DNA from: a virus
Lineage: Duplodnaviria; Caudoviricetes
IMG/VR virus record: IMGVR_UViG_3300029226_000142
Location: 1-45,366 of that record
Strand: one strand, 5' to 3'
DNA: 45,366 nt
The position numbers and the translations under genes are program-made. Each line of letters starts with the position of its first letter. The stretch's first letter is position 1. Below the pieces are notes generated by a model. It was given only the letters and a program-made list of their open reading frames with translations, was not told the DNA's origin and did no database searches. Shown here one piece after another: positions 8,999 through 18,747 of this stretch.

Positions 8999-10474
8999 TT
9001 AACGTCGTGTTTGGGTGTTGATGGCGGTCACACCCATTGGGTAAACCGGCATCGGTTGGTCGGTAATGTTAAGGCGGGTTTTAACATCAACATCAATCTC
9101 AGCAATCAAGGTTTCTTTATAACCTTCGTAGTCCTGCACCCAGCCTTTTGCCTCCTGTTTCCGGTAGAGATCGAGCAGCAGCACTAAGGCATCAGACGGT
9201 TGCATCACATCAACACCGGGTGACACCCGCGCATTGTCGCCCGCCAACAGATGGCGCGCATAAGGGGCAAAGGTGGCAATCTTCTCAAAGCGCACACGCT
9301 CGCGAAATTCCGTGGCATTAATCAACAGCAGCGCATCATCTGCCACACCGGCCGTATTTACCTGGTACATCGAGACCTGCCATTCAAGATACACCTGGCC
9401 GTCCGCACCCACTGTGTAAGTGCTAATGCCATCGGGTATGGCGAGGTTACGCTCAACGTCTGTCCAGCGGTCTATATGGTTAGGTGCCAGCACATAACCC
9501 TCCACCGCTGGTACCTTTAGGCCAACCATCTGTTTAAGCGGATGCCGTACCAGTGATTCCGCACAGATAATGCCGTTGAGCGCCGCCCATATCCAGACAG
9601 GAGCGGGTGATTTGCCGGTACCGATACATGACACATGCTCACTATTGCGCCCATTGGCAAAGGTGGTGGTGGTGGCATGGCTGCCGCGGAAAGCGGTAAA
9701 CAAACGGCTGCCTTGCTGGCGAGGGGGCTGATAGTTGGTACTCAGCATGGTTTCAATGATGGTGAGGTTGGCTGCATCGGTGTACGGCTGAATAATGTAG
9801 TTGTGCCAATCGGTACCCATGCCGTTAATGGCAGCGGTAACATCTGGATTGGTTGCACCACCACTCATGGTCGCACCACCAAAGGCAACCACCACACCGG
9901 CCGGTGATTTCTCGCCATAGTAATTCATGCGCAGGTCAATGCTGTTGCCTGTTTCACCGGCATGGCGCGCCACCAGGTTTACCTGGTTAGCGGCGGCACC
10001 ATCCACGGCAGCGTCCACCAGGCGGCGACCATCCGCATTGATCACGGCTACTGCTGCGGTTGCCTGGGCACCCCCCGTGTCACCACTGGTTACACCAATT
10101 TTATAACGACGCCCACCAATGTAAACCACATGTGCAATTGCATCGGTCGCGCTGCCGGTAAACGTCACGGTCTCCGTTGCGGCCGTGCCTGCGCCGTCAT
10201 CATCCAGCCCAATGCCGTAGGCAACAAAGAAAGGCTTTACCGCTTTTATCACACGAAACATCTCGGCAATCTGTGCGCCCCGGCCCCAGTACTCTTCTGC
10301 CTGCGCCACGCTGGCAATGAGTCGCTTTTCACCGGCCGGTACCGTGCCGGTTGCCAGGCGTTGCCCCCAGACGCAGGCATTTAATGCCTGCTTAGTGGTT
10401 GCACTCAGGTTCTCGTTAAACTCAATTAACGTTCTGGGAAGATGAAAATTATCAGGGATAAAATTAAAGTCCAT
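8999..10474 (-). CDS. Tail sheath protein, Mu gpL-like
   Basis: Motifs F..IP....P...IEF, G.GA.IA.M, L.ARH.GE.GN.ID, MSGGATNPD, ERN....GIST. Confidence 0.93.
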   Translation of the reverse strand: MDFNFIPDNFHLPRTLIEFNENLSATTKQALNACVWGQRLATGTVPAGEKRLIASVAQAEEYWGRGAQIAEMFRVIKAVKPFFVAYGIGLDDDGAGTAATETVTFTGSATDAIAHVVYIGGRRYKIGVTSGDTGGAQATAAVAVINADGRRLVDAAVDGAAANQVNLVARHAGETGNSIDLRMNYYGEKSPAGVVVAFGGATMSGGATNPDVTAAINGMGTDWHNYIIQPYTDAANLTIIETMLSTNYQPPRQQGSRLFTAFRGSHATTTTFANGRNSEHVSCIGTGKSPAPVWIWAALNGIICAESLVRHPLKQMVGLKVPAVEGYVLAPNHIDRWTDVERNLAIPDGISTYTVGADGQVYLEWQVSMYQVNTAGVADDALLLINATEFRERVRFEKIATFAPYARHLLAGDNARVSPGVDVMQPSDALVLLLDLYRKQEAKGWVQDYEGYKETLIAEIDVDVKTRLNITDQPMPVYPMGVTAINTQTRR

Positions 10475-10477
10475 CGC

Positions 10478-10792
10478 TTATTGCTCCTGTGCTGAGGCTT
10501 TGCTAGTCGCCTTTGTTTTTTTGGCGGGTGTTTTTTCATCCGCCGTTAGGCGCGCTTTATTAAAACGCTCGTTAACATCATTGCCCGCTGTTTTTTGTAC
10601 CGCCGCTTCGGCTTCTTCAAACGCTTTTTTAGTGGTCGGCAGCAAATCGTTATCAGCCAGACGACGCTGATAATAAATAGCGTTGGGCACCCGTGCGCCG
10701 TGCGCGGGCATAATTTTATTACCACGATCTGGCATGCGGATTACCGCGCCCTCGAAGCCTGGCTTTACATATATAAATTTCTCTTTGCTCAT
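10478..10792 (-). CDS. Mu gp38-like protein (DUF2635)
   Basis: Motif VKP....IR.P......P..G..VP...YY.RRL.D.DL. Confidence 0.8.
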   Translation of the reverse strand: MSKEKFIYVKPGFEGAVIRMPDRGNKIMPAHGARVPNAIYYQRRLADNDLLPTTKKAFEEAEAAVQKTAGNDVNERFNKARLTADEKTPAKKTKATSKASAQEQ

Positions 10793-10801
10793 TACTGGCT
10801 C

Positions 10802-11356
10802 CTATTCTGGAAACGTTGTATCGATATTAGTGGGCGGCACATCGGCACCGGCGCTCATGGTGTTGGTGTAGCTTAGAAACTGGTTAATTGAATCTGCATC
10901 GTGCAGTTCAAGTGCCAGCGTCATCGGTAGATCAAAGGTGGCGGCATAGAGCGCAGCGCTTTCACTGTCTACACTCAGGCTAAACAGATTATTCAGGCGC
11001 TTGAAGGTCAACGACCCCACATCCTCAATCGTCAAGCCATTCATTGCCGGTAAAATACGGCGCATCATTTCATAGGCACCGATGGCGCTTTTATCACCCA
11101 GGCGGCGGGCATCACGTTTATTGGCATGTTTGGTGACAAAGTAAACGCCCCACACCGTTTTTAGATGCAGGTCATTGCCGGTGGTTGCTTCGTTACCGCC
11201 CAGAAATGCAAAATAGACCGCAGGCGCATGGCGTACCAGCTCACGCAATGCCTTAGCATCACGCAGGTCACCGGGCAACACATCCACATGCGCGGCATTG
11301 CCAAGCTGTTTTTCTGCAAGCGCCTTAAGTGTCTCTTCAACAACGGCAAAGCTCAT
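10802..11356 (-). CDS. Tail terminator / neck protein, Mu gp37-like (DUF1834)
   Basis: Motifs PAVY.AFLGG, RR.GD...IGAY, NLFS; position. Confidence 0.85.
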   Translation of the reverse strand: MSFAVVEETLKALAEKQLGNAAHVDVLPGDLRDAKALRELVRHAPAVYFAFLGGNEATTGNDLHLKTVWGVYFVTKHANKRDARRLGDKSAIGAYEMMRRILPAMNGLTIEDVGSLTFKRLNNLFSLSVDSESAALYAATFDLPMTLALELHDADSINQFLSYTNTMSAGADVPPTNIDTTFPE

Positions 11357-11802
11357 GCGTCTAACGCCTCCCGTAGGTGGTCTTTAATAATCAACGCAAT
11401 CTCGGCCTCATCGTCATCATTAATACCGAGCACTGGCCGTGCATCCATTTCGAAGCGGCCTTTTTTGCTACCTGTCTCGCCCCCGAATTGATGGATTGCG
11501 GCATAAACCATATTGCTGCCATGTACTACGCCAGCACCATCGGCAAAGGTGTTATGGGTATAGCTGTCAAGCAAGTGCCCTCTATGGATTAACGTACGGC
11601 CACCTTCTTCGATGGCGCGTTGGCTCTGAATTAAGGCATTGCCCTGCCAGTCTTCCCCGGCGGCAAAACGGCGCGAGGTTTCGCTGACAAGGTAGTCACC
11701 GATATCGTCGAACATGGCCACTTTATTAAAATCATCCAGCCGCGCCAGCATGCCCAGCACCGCCTTGTCTTTGATTTCATAATCAAGCTTAATGCCGCTC
11801 AT
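11353..11802 (-). CDS. Virion morphogenesis protein, Mu gpG-like
   Basis: Motifs GSN.VYAAIHQFGG and ARP.LG. Confidence 0.9.
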   Translation of the reverse strand: MSGIKLDYEIKDKAVLGMLARLDDFNKVAMFDDIGDYLVSETSRRFAAGEDWQGNALIQSQRAIEEGGRTLIHRGHLLDSYTHNTFADGAGVVHGSNMVYAAIHQFGGETGSKKGRFEMDARPVLGINDDDEAEIALIIKDHLREALDA

Positions 11803-12215
11803 TAGTAGGAGCCCCAGTCGGTGTTGCTTTTGCCCTGGCCGGTTTTAATGCGGCCACCGCTCGCCACCTGCGTGTCTTGTTCCCCTAACGATGCTTTGCC
11901 ATTAACCAGATCTCTGAGCCATGCCATCGCTGCTTTATAACGGGTTTCAACTTCTTCACCGGCACGATTATCATTTAAAAAATAACGCACGATATCGCCG
12001 CAATAGCGCGGCAGTGGGCTGGCATCAATCACCGTCTGCGTCAGTGGTAATGTTTTAACTTGTTTGATGTAACTATCAACGACATTCGAGGCATCATTGA
12101 TTGCGCCATTCAGCACGTCATCATCGATAGTGCCGAGGTTGTCGCGATCGGTAAGCTGCTCAATCTCAGTATTACTAAAACGATTAATCAATTGCTGTTT
12201 AGTGATGTATGGCAT
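11802..12215 (-). CDS. Head-tail connector, Mu gp36-like (DUF1320)
   Basis: Motifs Y.T...L..RF...E..QLTD, I.DAS..VDSY, C.DI.RY.L, RY..A..WL. Confidence 0.92.
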   Translation of the reverse strand: MPYITKQQLINRFSNTEIEQLTDRDNLGTIDDDVLNGAINDASNVVDSYIKQVKTLPLTQTVIDASPLPRYCGDIVRYFLNDNRAGEEVETRYKAAMAWLRDLVNGKASLGEQDTQVASGGRIKTGQGKSNTDWGSY

Positions 12216-12562
12216 TAGCTGATCACTCGAAAATCAATGCCGGTGGCCCATACCAGGCCGTTAGGGTAGTCGATGGAATAGATCACAAGAGTGCCCTGGT
12301 ATCTACCTTTTGCAATCGCTAACAAACCTAATGCCAATACCAATAGTGCAACCATTGCACCTTTATATGCGGTGGTACCGGACCAGTTGAATGCTGCAGC
12401 GTTAATATCAGAATCAACCACGACATCATCGCTGCCACTCGCGGGCGTGAGTGTTAATACCATGCGAGTGATCGCGCTGGCATCCGTCATTACAACGCCA
12501 TCGGCCAACAAGAGGAACCCATTGACGTTGTGATGGCCAGCATGGATAAGCTCAGTAGCCAC
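12215..12562 (-). CDS. Putative virion structural protein (small beta-rich adaptor)
   Basis: Translationally coupled within the head-neck operon; beta-strand composition. Confidence 0.55.
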   Translation of the reverse strand: MATELIHAGHHNVNGFLLLADGVVMTDASAITRMVLTLTPASGSDDVVVDSDINAAAFNWSGTTAYKGAMVALLVLALGLLAIAKGRYQGTLVIYSIDYPNGLVWATGIDFRVIS

Positions 12563-13188
12563 TACGCTGCTCCAATGCCAATCGCGTGGGCTGGGATGTT
12601 CATGGTGGTGCCACTGGCGATTTCGTTGTCCTGAGAATCATTAGCCACTGAAAGCACACGCGGTGAGCCACCACCATCATAGAGCGCCACACCGATATCG
12701 GGGCGAATCTCATAAACGCTGGTGGCGTCTGGAGGGGTTGCCCAATTGTTGGCAACCGTTAACTGTGTAGCCGCATTACTGACGATAATTTCAGATTGCC
12801 CAGCACCAATACCGGCGGTGATCGCGCAGATCCAGTCGAGGTGTTCATCTAGCGTCCAGGCTTTGGCCGTATCGTTGAGCACTGCTGCACCGCCCGTTGT
12901 TGCGGTGCCAGTGTCAGCATTCGCAATGGTAACTGCAGCATTGGGAGATTTCGCAGCCACGGAGGTTTCACGGCCACCGCCTGCTTTATCGCCAAGCACG
13001 AAATCACCGCCCACCATCGCGACGACATCAGAGATGCGTTTACCGGCCGGGTATAACGTACTCGCTTCTGCGGCTGTTGCAGGGTTGCCCATCACGACCA
13101 CCATGCTCATCACACCACCGCCCCAGTTAGCGCTATTGCTGATCTGTTCCAGGCCTTTGTCACGTACATCGTTGTGTAATTTTTTCAT
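12562..13188 (-). CDS. Putative head/neck appendage protein
   Basis: Gly/Ala/Thr-rich; internal module TGTATTGG..L.D...W......ITAG.GAGQ...I.SN..TQLTV...W..PPDATSVYEI. Confidence 0.6.
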   Translation of the reverse strand: MKKLHNDVRDKGLEQISNSANWGGGVMSMVVVMGNPATAAEASTLYPAGKRISDVVAMVGGDFVLGDKAGGGRETSVAAKSPNAAVTIANADTGTATTGGAAVLNDTAKAWTLDEHLDWICAITAGIGAGQSEIIVSNAATQLTVANNWATPPDATSVYEIRPDIGVALYDGGGSPRVLSVANDSQDNEIASGTTMNIPAHAIGIGAA

Positions 13189-13225
13189 ATCAATTCCTAA
13201 TTTAGCTGAGCGGCATAATGCTAGG

Positions 13226-14770
13226 TCACGCGCGATAGCGTGATGCGATCGAGATAATTGACGGGTTTAAAACCTGACCGAGGATTTTATTGATCAATGC
13301 GATAACTAGATCATCACTGCGGTCGTTAGCGGTTAATTCATCTAGCGCGAGTTGCTGAGAGTACGTAACGGTCAGGTTACTAATCGGCACGGTGCTATCA
13401 ATAGATTGCAACGGCCCCAACGAAAGCTCATAACTCATTGCGACATCATCGTTAAAAACAGCAACTGATAGATCATCAATGCCGGGCCGCAGTAGCCCGA
13501 CAGTCGCTATATCAGCGCCCATATTTGTACCAGCGAGCCCAGTACCAATACAAGGGGAGCCTGCATCTAGGGTAAAATCAGACAGCTGATTAAAAAGCCC
13601 AGAACCGTTTGTAAATATAGGATCTGCCGCAATAGAATTTAAATCAGGGTTACTGCCATCCTTCATCCCACCCGATTCTTGCCATGCTATTAGAGAGGTA
13701 TATACTACCTGCGATGGGTCGTTTAGATCCTGTATGATCACATACGGGGCAACCCCCCAATTATTGTAGTCAGACACCAGCAACTCTGCGTCAACATTAC
13801 CGGCATACGTCCAGCCTGAATTAACGTAGAGTATATTATTGTAAATAGAGCTATCGCCACGCGCATAACCTACATTTCCCGCGACATTGTACATAGTGTT
13901 ATCATAAATATGCCAGCCAGCCAGGTTCCCCGTGCCTTGCTGGGAGCACCCCAAGGGAGCACCTGTTAGGTTTACTAACACGTTATTATGTATCCGTTGC
14001 CGAGGCGAATTAACGCCAGCTACTATTTGAGATAATATGCCGCCGTGACTGTCGTGTATGTAGTTATTTCGTACGATGCAGTCAGAATTATTTGCCTTCA
14101 AAAATATAGTGCCACTACAATTACCAACGTCACAGTGTTCGATTATGGCGGCATCATTATCGTACATTTTAATTGCAGCTGTGTTCAGAGAGTCGTTGAT
14201 TTGCCTATATCCTGTAAACGAGCAGTTACGCACATGCGTATCTATCGTCTGTTCCATTCTGATCCCATCTCGATTATCTGTTGACGCTGTAGCAACACCG
14301 CCCCCGCGGAAGTGACAATTAAATATTCTATGCCCTAGCGTTTTACGGCCGAGTGCATTACCCTTAAAACCCACCCCGCCTCTAGCTGCCCCCCCGTCGG
14401 CTTGCACCACAAAACCGTTAAAATAGATGTAATCTGATGTGCCTGAGCCGAATGCTCTAGCGTCCGTAGTTGAATAGCCAGCATCAGTATTAGCGTTTAA
14501 TATAGCTATTTCGCCGGGATATCTGGCGAACATGATCGGCGCCCCCGCAGTGCCTGTATTGGCAGGGAATAGGATTCCCCGGTCATCATAAAAATCTGTT
14601 GAGTATGCAACTAAATCATAATAAAGATCGTATATCCCGCCGCGAAAGAAAACAGCGTCTCCGGCTACGGCATTGGACATAGCTTGATGCGCCGTCCACG
14701 GATTACCTATTGAGCCATCACCACTGCCAACAGCTGAGGGCGAGGCGTATTTCCATGTAAAATCAGGCAT
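13226..14770 (-). CDS. Right-handed parallel beta-helix (pectate lyase-like) virion protein, possible depolymerase
   Basis: N-terminal ASP....GDGS..NPW, AGD.V.FRGG.Y, GTAG.PI....YPGE; stacked I.NN repeats; ADP.F and L.AGSPCI..G near the C-terminus. Confidence 0.8.
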   Translation of the reverse strand: MPDFTWKYASPSAVGSGDGSIGNPWTAHQAMSNAVAGDAVFFRGGIYDLYYDLVAYSTDFYDDRGILFPANTGTAGAPIMFARYPGEIAILNANTDAGYSTTDARAFGSGTSDYIYFNGFVVQADGGAARGGVGFKGNALGRKTLGHRIFNCHFRGGGVATASTDNRDGIRMEQTIDTHVRNCSFTGYRQINDSLNTAAIKMYDNDAAIIEHCDVGNCSGTIFLKANNSDCIVRNNYIHDSHGGILSQIVAGVNSPRQRIHNNVLVNLTGAPLGCSQQGTGNLAGWHIYDNTMYNVAGNVGYARGDSSIYNNILYVNSGWTYAGNVDAELLVSDYNNWGVAPYVIIQDLNDPSQVVYTSLIAWQESGGMKDGSNPDLNSIAADPIFTNGSGLFNQLSDFTLDAGSPCIGTGLAGTNMGADIATVGLLRPGIDDLSVAVFNDDVAMSYELSLGPLQSIDSTVPISNLTVTYSQQLALDELTANDRSDDLVIALINKILGQVLNPSIISIASRYRA

Positions 14771-14912
14771 GGCCGGAAAACAGCAACATTGAAAAACCGT
14801 GCGCGATGATTATTGGTATATCTGCCACAATAAATTAGCCCACCAAGACTGGTACGTTATCTATTTTTTAGTTTTAGTGATTTGTATTTTGGGTTCATGG
14901 CTAATAGCTCTT

Positions 14913-15341
14913 TTATCCCATCGCCTCATTACGCTCACCCGCCGTAATGTCATAGCCCAGCACCGCTTCAATCGCTTTCACATCAGGCGTCTCACCGTCT
15001 TTCAACCAGAGACTTTCATCACCTTTGTCTAGCGTCGCAATGGCGGCTTTGATTGCGGTGATGCGTTCAGCGGGAGCGGTGGGGGCTTTGTCTTTATCAC
15101 CACCATCATTTTCAGCAGGTGATTTAATCGGTGAAACATTGCTCGGTTTTTTTTCTGACGCGGCTTTATCTTCGCGTGGTTCTTTTGAAATTGCATTGCA
15201 CGCAATCAGCGGCGCTGCTTCTTTAGCCGTTAGTTCGATAATGTTTAAATCATCATCATCTGGGCGGTATAGATTACCGCTGTGACGGATAGATGATTTC
15301 ACGTCGTAGGCTTTCTTCTTTTCTGATTTTGGATCAGGCAT
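14913..15341 (-). CDS. Hypothetical protein following the capsid gene (Mu gp35-like position)
   Basis: Probable start ATG at 15341 with GGAG; N-terminal Y.V.S.IRH.G..Y; C-terminal G.P.V.AIE..LG..IT..ERNEA. Confidence 0.65.
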   Translation of the reverse strand: MPDPKSEKKKAYDVKSSIRHSGNLYRPDDDDLNIIELTAKEAAPLIACNAISKEPREDKAASEKKPSNVSPIKSPAENDGGDKDKAPTAPAERITAIKAAIATLDKGDESLWLKDGETPDVKAIEAVLGYDITAGERNEAMG

Positions 15342-15357
15342 TATATTGCTCCGGTTG

Positions 15358-15385
15358 GCGCGAGGGATTAACACGGCCCTCGCGC
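15358..15385. terminator. GC-rich stem-loop downstream of the major capsid gene
   Basis: 9-bp inverted repeat GCGCGAGGG/CCCTCGCGC; U-tract on the minus strand is weak. Confidence 0.45.
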
Positions 15386-15411
15386 TATTTTGAGTGATGT
15401 TTTTTAGCTAC

Positions 15412-16371
15412 CTACGACAATACATTCTCAATTAGATAACCCGCTTCCATTCCGGTAAGCAAAGCCTCGTATTCATCTTTGACGTCATACACCCATACAT
15501 CGCTATCAAGGTCTGCTCTTGGTGCTGCTACGTGCGGGTTACCTTCAAGGAAATAGGTGTAGCCATAGCTAGGGACTTCAACATTTCCTTCACCGCTCAC
15601 AGTTGGAACGAAAGCAAGAATCGCAACATCACCCCAGATATCTGAGAAATCATCAGTATCTAGCGCGTTTCCAGCCATATAGACATCATCACCGATGGCA
15701 ATCTCACGCACACCAAAATACTCCGCCAACTGCGCATCGTTAACGGTTGCTGGGCCATTCTTAACACCGCTATAGAAGTGACCTAGAATTTTAGGGTGAC
15801 GCTTTACCTTAGTATGAACATTAGGCCCCAACACCATGACGTTGCCACGACGACCAATCTTTGATCTGATCGCTGCATGACCGGCATCTACCTGCACACC
15901 GGGGTCTGAAGTCGCATATTCATCCCAGTGGTCACCGGTAGAGAGAGCCACTTTATTGCCAACTGCATAATTGGCATTATCCTGCGCGATTTCTGCCTGC
16001 TTAAATTCTTTTTCACGTGCAATGGATTCAGAAGGTGCATCAACCGCGCGGCGCGCCATATCAACATTCGGAACGTCGGCTGATTCTTCTAGGTGCTCAA
16101 AAGGCACCTCACCTGACAGTGCATACTGGGTTAAATTAACGGTGCCATCGGTGTAACCAACACGTACACGTTTCTTTTTAGTGCCCGCTGCACGCTCTGT
16201 GTTATAAAGACGAAAACCCTCCTTACCAAATTTGACGACTTTAGCGCCACGCTTTTTGATTGGCGCATCAGGGAATAACACCCCACCGGCGCGTCTTACA
16301 TCTGGGTTTTTATAACCACGCGCATGGGTAGACAATACTGGATCAACGACTCGAAAATTCTTCAACGGCAT
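15412..16371 (-). CDS. Major capsid protein
   Basis: 319 aa after protease and decoration genes; motifs VDPVLS..ARGY, FG.E.F, W.D.AILA.V, PSYGYTY, AGYLI.N; SD AAGGAG. Confidence 0.88.
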   Translation of the reverse strand: MPLKNFRVVDPVLSTHARGYKNPDVRRAGGVLFPDAPIKKRGAKVVKFGKEGFRLYNTERAAGTKKKRVRVGYTDGTVNLTQYALSGEVPFEHLEESADVPNVDMARRAVDAPSESIAREKEFKQAEIAQDNANYAVGNKVALSTGDHWDEYATSDPGVQVDAGHAAIRSKIGRRGNVMVLGPNVHTKVKRHPKILGHFYSGVKNGPATVNDAQLAEYFGVREIAIGDDVYMAGNALDTDDFSDIWGDVAILAFVPTVSGEGNVEVPSYGYTYFLEGNPHVAAPRADLDSDVWVYDVKDEYEALLTGMEAGYLIENVLS

Positions 16372-16389
16372 TTTAAACTCTCCTTAAAC

Positions 16390-16809
16390 TTAACGACGAA
16401 GCAGAACTTCGATGAACTGACCCGACGCCGAGGCGATTTGCAAAGGGTCGGCAAATACATACTCAGGCATATCACCACCCGCGAGGATGGCTCCGTTTGC
16501 AGCGGTGCCAGTGACAGCGACTGCACCAGCGGCAATATTAAGTGCGCCGGTTGATGGGATTGCGCGCCCCTGGCTATCGACAATCAAACTATCGTTAATT
16601 GCAATGGCAGCACCGGTTTCAATGATGGTGGTGCCAATAACATCTGCTGCAAAGTTTTCATCCGCAACTGCTGCGGCATGTGAAACACCCACAACCTTTT
16701 GGCCCGGCGCTGTTGCTTGCGCGCCATCACCGGCAATCGCGCGAAACGCAGCAACCGCTAACGCAGACTTAAACGTCAACGCCATCAAGCTGATTTTTTG
16801 CTTAGACAT
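16390..16809 (-). CDS. Capsid cement / decoration protein (DUF2190-like)
   Basis: Ala/Gly-rich; motifs GTTIIETGAAI...D..GRA and A...GQFIEVLL. Confidence 0.8.
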   Translation of the reverse strand: MSKQKISLMALTFKSALAVAAFRAIAGDGAQATAPGQKVVGVSHAAAVADENFAADVIGTTIIETGAAIAINDSLIVDSQGRAIPSTGALNIAAGAVAVTGTAANGAILAGGDMPEYVFADPLQIASASGQFIEVLLRR

Positions 16810-18002
16810 TATTTACTCTCCCGTGAAACGATATCGATAGCGGTGTTGTAATCCACGCCATCATGTTTAGCCTGGTAATCAAGCGCCTTGTTGTGCAGCG
16901 CCATCTGGGACTCATCAACTTGCATACCATCCGGTGTTGAGAAATCATGTTGCGTCGCATCGTCACCATCCCCCGCATCACTCTCGTTAAAATTAACGGA
17001 TGATTTAAGGCCGGAAAAATGCGCTTTGATAAAATCAATGGGTGATTGCTTTACACTCTTATCACCGGCACTGAATTCAAACTCAGTCACATCAACGCCA
17101 TCAATCGCCACCATAAATTCAACCAACCCCTCTTTCTTGGCGGGGTCGCACTTAAGGCCCGCAACAAACGAGGTATGCTCAGTTTTGCGGTTTTTATCTT
17201 GTTCAGCTTTCAACTGCTGTTGCAGTGTCTTTTCGCTAGCAGAGAAGTCGGCCTGCGCCGAGTCCTTGCCTTTTTTTTCTGCGGCATCTAAATCCGCCTG
17301 CGTAATCGGGGGCACGTTGTCGTCTCCTTCTGTGTGGTCATTCGGGGTGTCGCCTGCATCAGCGGCGGCGGAAAAAATAGAGGTTTCCTGCGCGGTAGAT
17401 TCGCGCAAGTTGGTGGCATGCTCGCTTAGGGATTCAATCTGGTAATCGGGTATTGTCTTGTCTGCGGCTTCAACGCCGAACTTGTCGATGATCAAATCAC
17501 GCACACCGCGAAACAACCGAGCCACTGCGCTCGGGGTATAAGCATCTACTTCAAAATCATAAACTTCATCAGACTCAGTCGCGCTGTAGTTCAGCGCATC
17601 CAGGGCAATCGCGGGGCGTTTACCACCTAGAAAACCAACATGCTCAATAGCCAAGGTATTATCAGGTGTTTTATAGATGCGCACGCTGCGCTTGCGGAAG
17701 TCGCCATTTTCAACACTCGCGGCAAAATCTTTATTCACGTCCTTGAATTTAGCAATAAGCGAATCGCCGTCGCGGGTTAAGGTGTCGACCCAACCGTACG
17801 ATGGATCCGTGTCTTTAGGGTGCCCGATCACAATCGGAGCTGCGGTAGCCGCGCTATGGTTAGCCACCATCTCATCCAGGTCACTGTGAGACCACGTGCG
17901 CTTTACGCCGTTAGATGACGTATGTTCGCCTGCGCGGAAGACTTCAATGGCATCATCGAAGCCGCGAAAATCGTTTTGTTTTTTGGGTTGTTTGTCTGGC
18001 AT
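16809..18002 (-). CDS. Prohead protease / scaffold, Mu gp32 (I)-like
   Basis: Motifs IEVFRAG.H, APIVIGHP, YGWV, G.F.KRSV, HVGFLG..PA; coiled scaffold C-terminus. Start at 18002 favoured by promoter spacing. Confidence 0.9.
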   Translation of the reverse strand: MPDKQPKKQNDFRGFDDAIEVFRAGEHTSSNGVKRTWSHSDLDEMVANHSAATAAPIVIGHPKDTDPSYGWVDTLTRDGDSLIAKFKDVNKDFAASVENGDFRKRSVRIYKTPDNTLAIEHVGFLGGKRPAIALDALNYSATESDEVYDFEVDAYTPSAVARLFRGVRDLIIDKFGVEAADKTIPDYQIESLSEHATNLRESTAQETSIFSAAADAGDTPNDHTEGDDNVPPITQADLDAAEKKGKDSAQADFSASEKTLQQQLKAEQDKNRKTEHTSFVAGLKCDPAKKEGLVEFMVAIDGVDVTEFEFSAGDKSVKQSPIDFIKAHFSGLKSSVNFNESDAGDGDDATQHDFSTPDGMQVDESQMALHNKALDYQAKHDGVDYNTAIDIVSRESK

Positions 18003-18058
18003 GTCACGCATGATGCGTGAACTACGGGGAAGGCGGTACCTGTGAAATACTTCACAGG
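18003..18058 (-). promoter_or_regulatory. Leftward late promoter with palindromic Mor/C-type activator site
   Basis: CCTGTGAA-ATAC-TTCACAGG at 18039-18058; 24 nt to CATCAT, then 7 nt to ATG; mirrored at 30467-30520. Confidence 0.7.
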
Positions 18059-18121
18059 CAGAGGCAAGCGGGATGGTTTATAGCCTGATACAGGCAGGCG
18101 ATGGAGTCAATCGAAAAGATT

Positions 18122-18574
18122 TTATTCCACAGGCGTTAATATACAAGAGAGGTAAATACTACCGCCTGCCTCTACAAAAGTTACTTCAAACTTTACATTA
18201 TTCATTGCTATATATTGAGTACTTTTGCTTTGCAGTGCATCTTCTACTACTGAACCAAGCCGACTCCGTTGCGCCGCATTTTCTGGTGATACACCAAGAT
18301 ACCCAATCGCAAGGCAACGCCTCATTGCAGTAATTGATTGAGTCATGTTTTGCAGCGCCTCAACAATTCCTGCGTTTTTTTCCCCTACTGATAAAACAAC
18401 ACCGCTTAAATCAGTAACTGCAATAAACGACTTCCCATCATTAAGCGGACGCCAGTCCCGCACTTCAAAAAGATCATTAATCGCGACCCTTTGCTTAATA
18501 ATATTAAAATCATAGCCAGCCCAAACGGTGGGCGAAAAAAACAAAACAATTAATAACAAAACAACACCGCGCAT
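18122..18574 (-). CDS. Secreted protein downstream of the repressor (probably expressed in the lysogen)
   Basis: SD AAGGAGG before ATG 18574; signal peptide MRGVVLLLIVLFFSPTVWA; AT-rich. Confidence 0.75.
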   Translation of the reverse strand: MRGVVLLLIVLFFSPTVWAGYDFNIIKQRVAINDLFEVRDWRPLNDGKSFIAVTDLSGVVLSVGEKNAGIVEALQNMTQSITAMRRCLAIGYLGVSPENAAQRSRLGSVVEDALQSKSTQYIAMNNVKFEVTFVEAGGSIYLSCILTPVE

Positions 18575-18747
18575 GTATGCCTCCTTATTTAATTTAAAAA
18601 ACAATCTCATCGAAATAATAGATGTACTTTAAGTTGATTATCCTGTTTTTGTTGGCATGAGAGCTTGAGTCTACTTTGCATCCTATAAACGTATCATATA
18701 GAGGTGGGTATGAATATTGAACTTGGTACCCCTCTTTCATTTGCCGT

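Noticed and set aside
14771-14912. Small gene in the AT-rich gap before the beta-helix gene (14799-15032 plus strand, or a 13-aa minus ORF)
   Set aside because: No convincing SD or coding signal; may be a decayed remnant
1-18011. Many plus-strand shadow ORFs (e.g. 5270-5611, 6891-7343, 9962-10384, 12722-13243, 16888-17445)
   Set aside because: They are antisense to well-supported structural genes and have typical antisense composition
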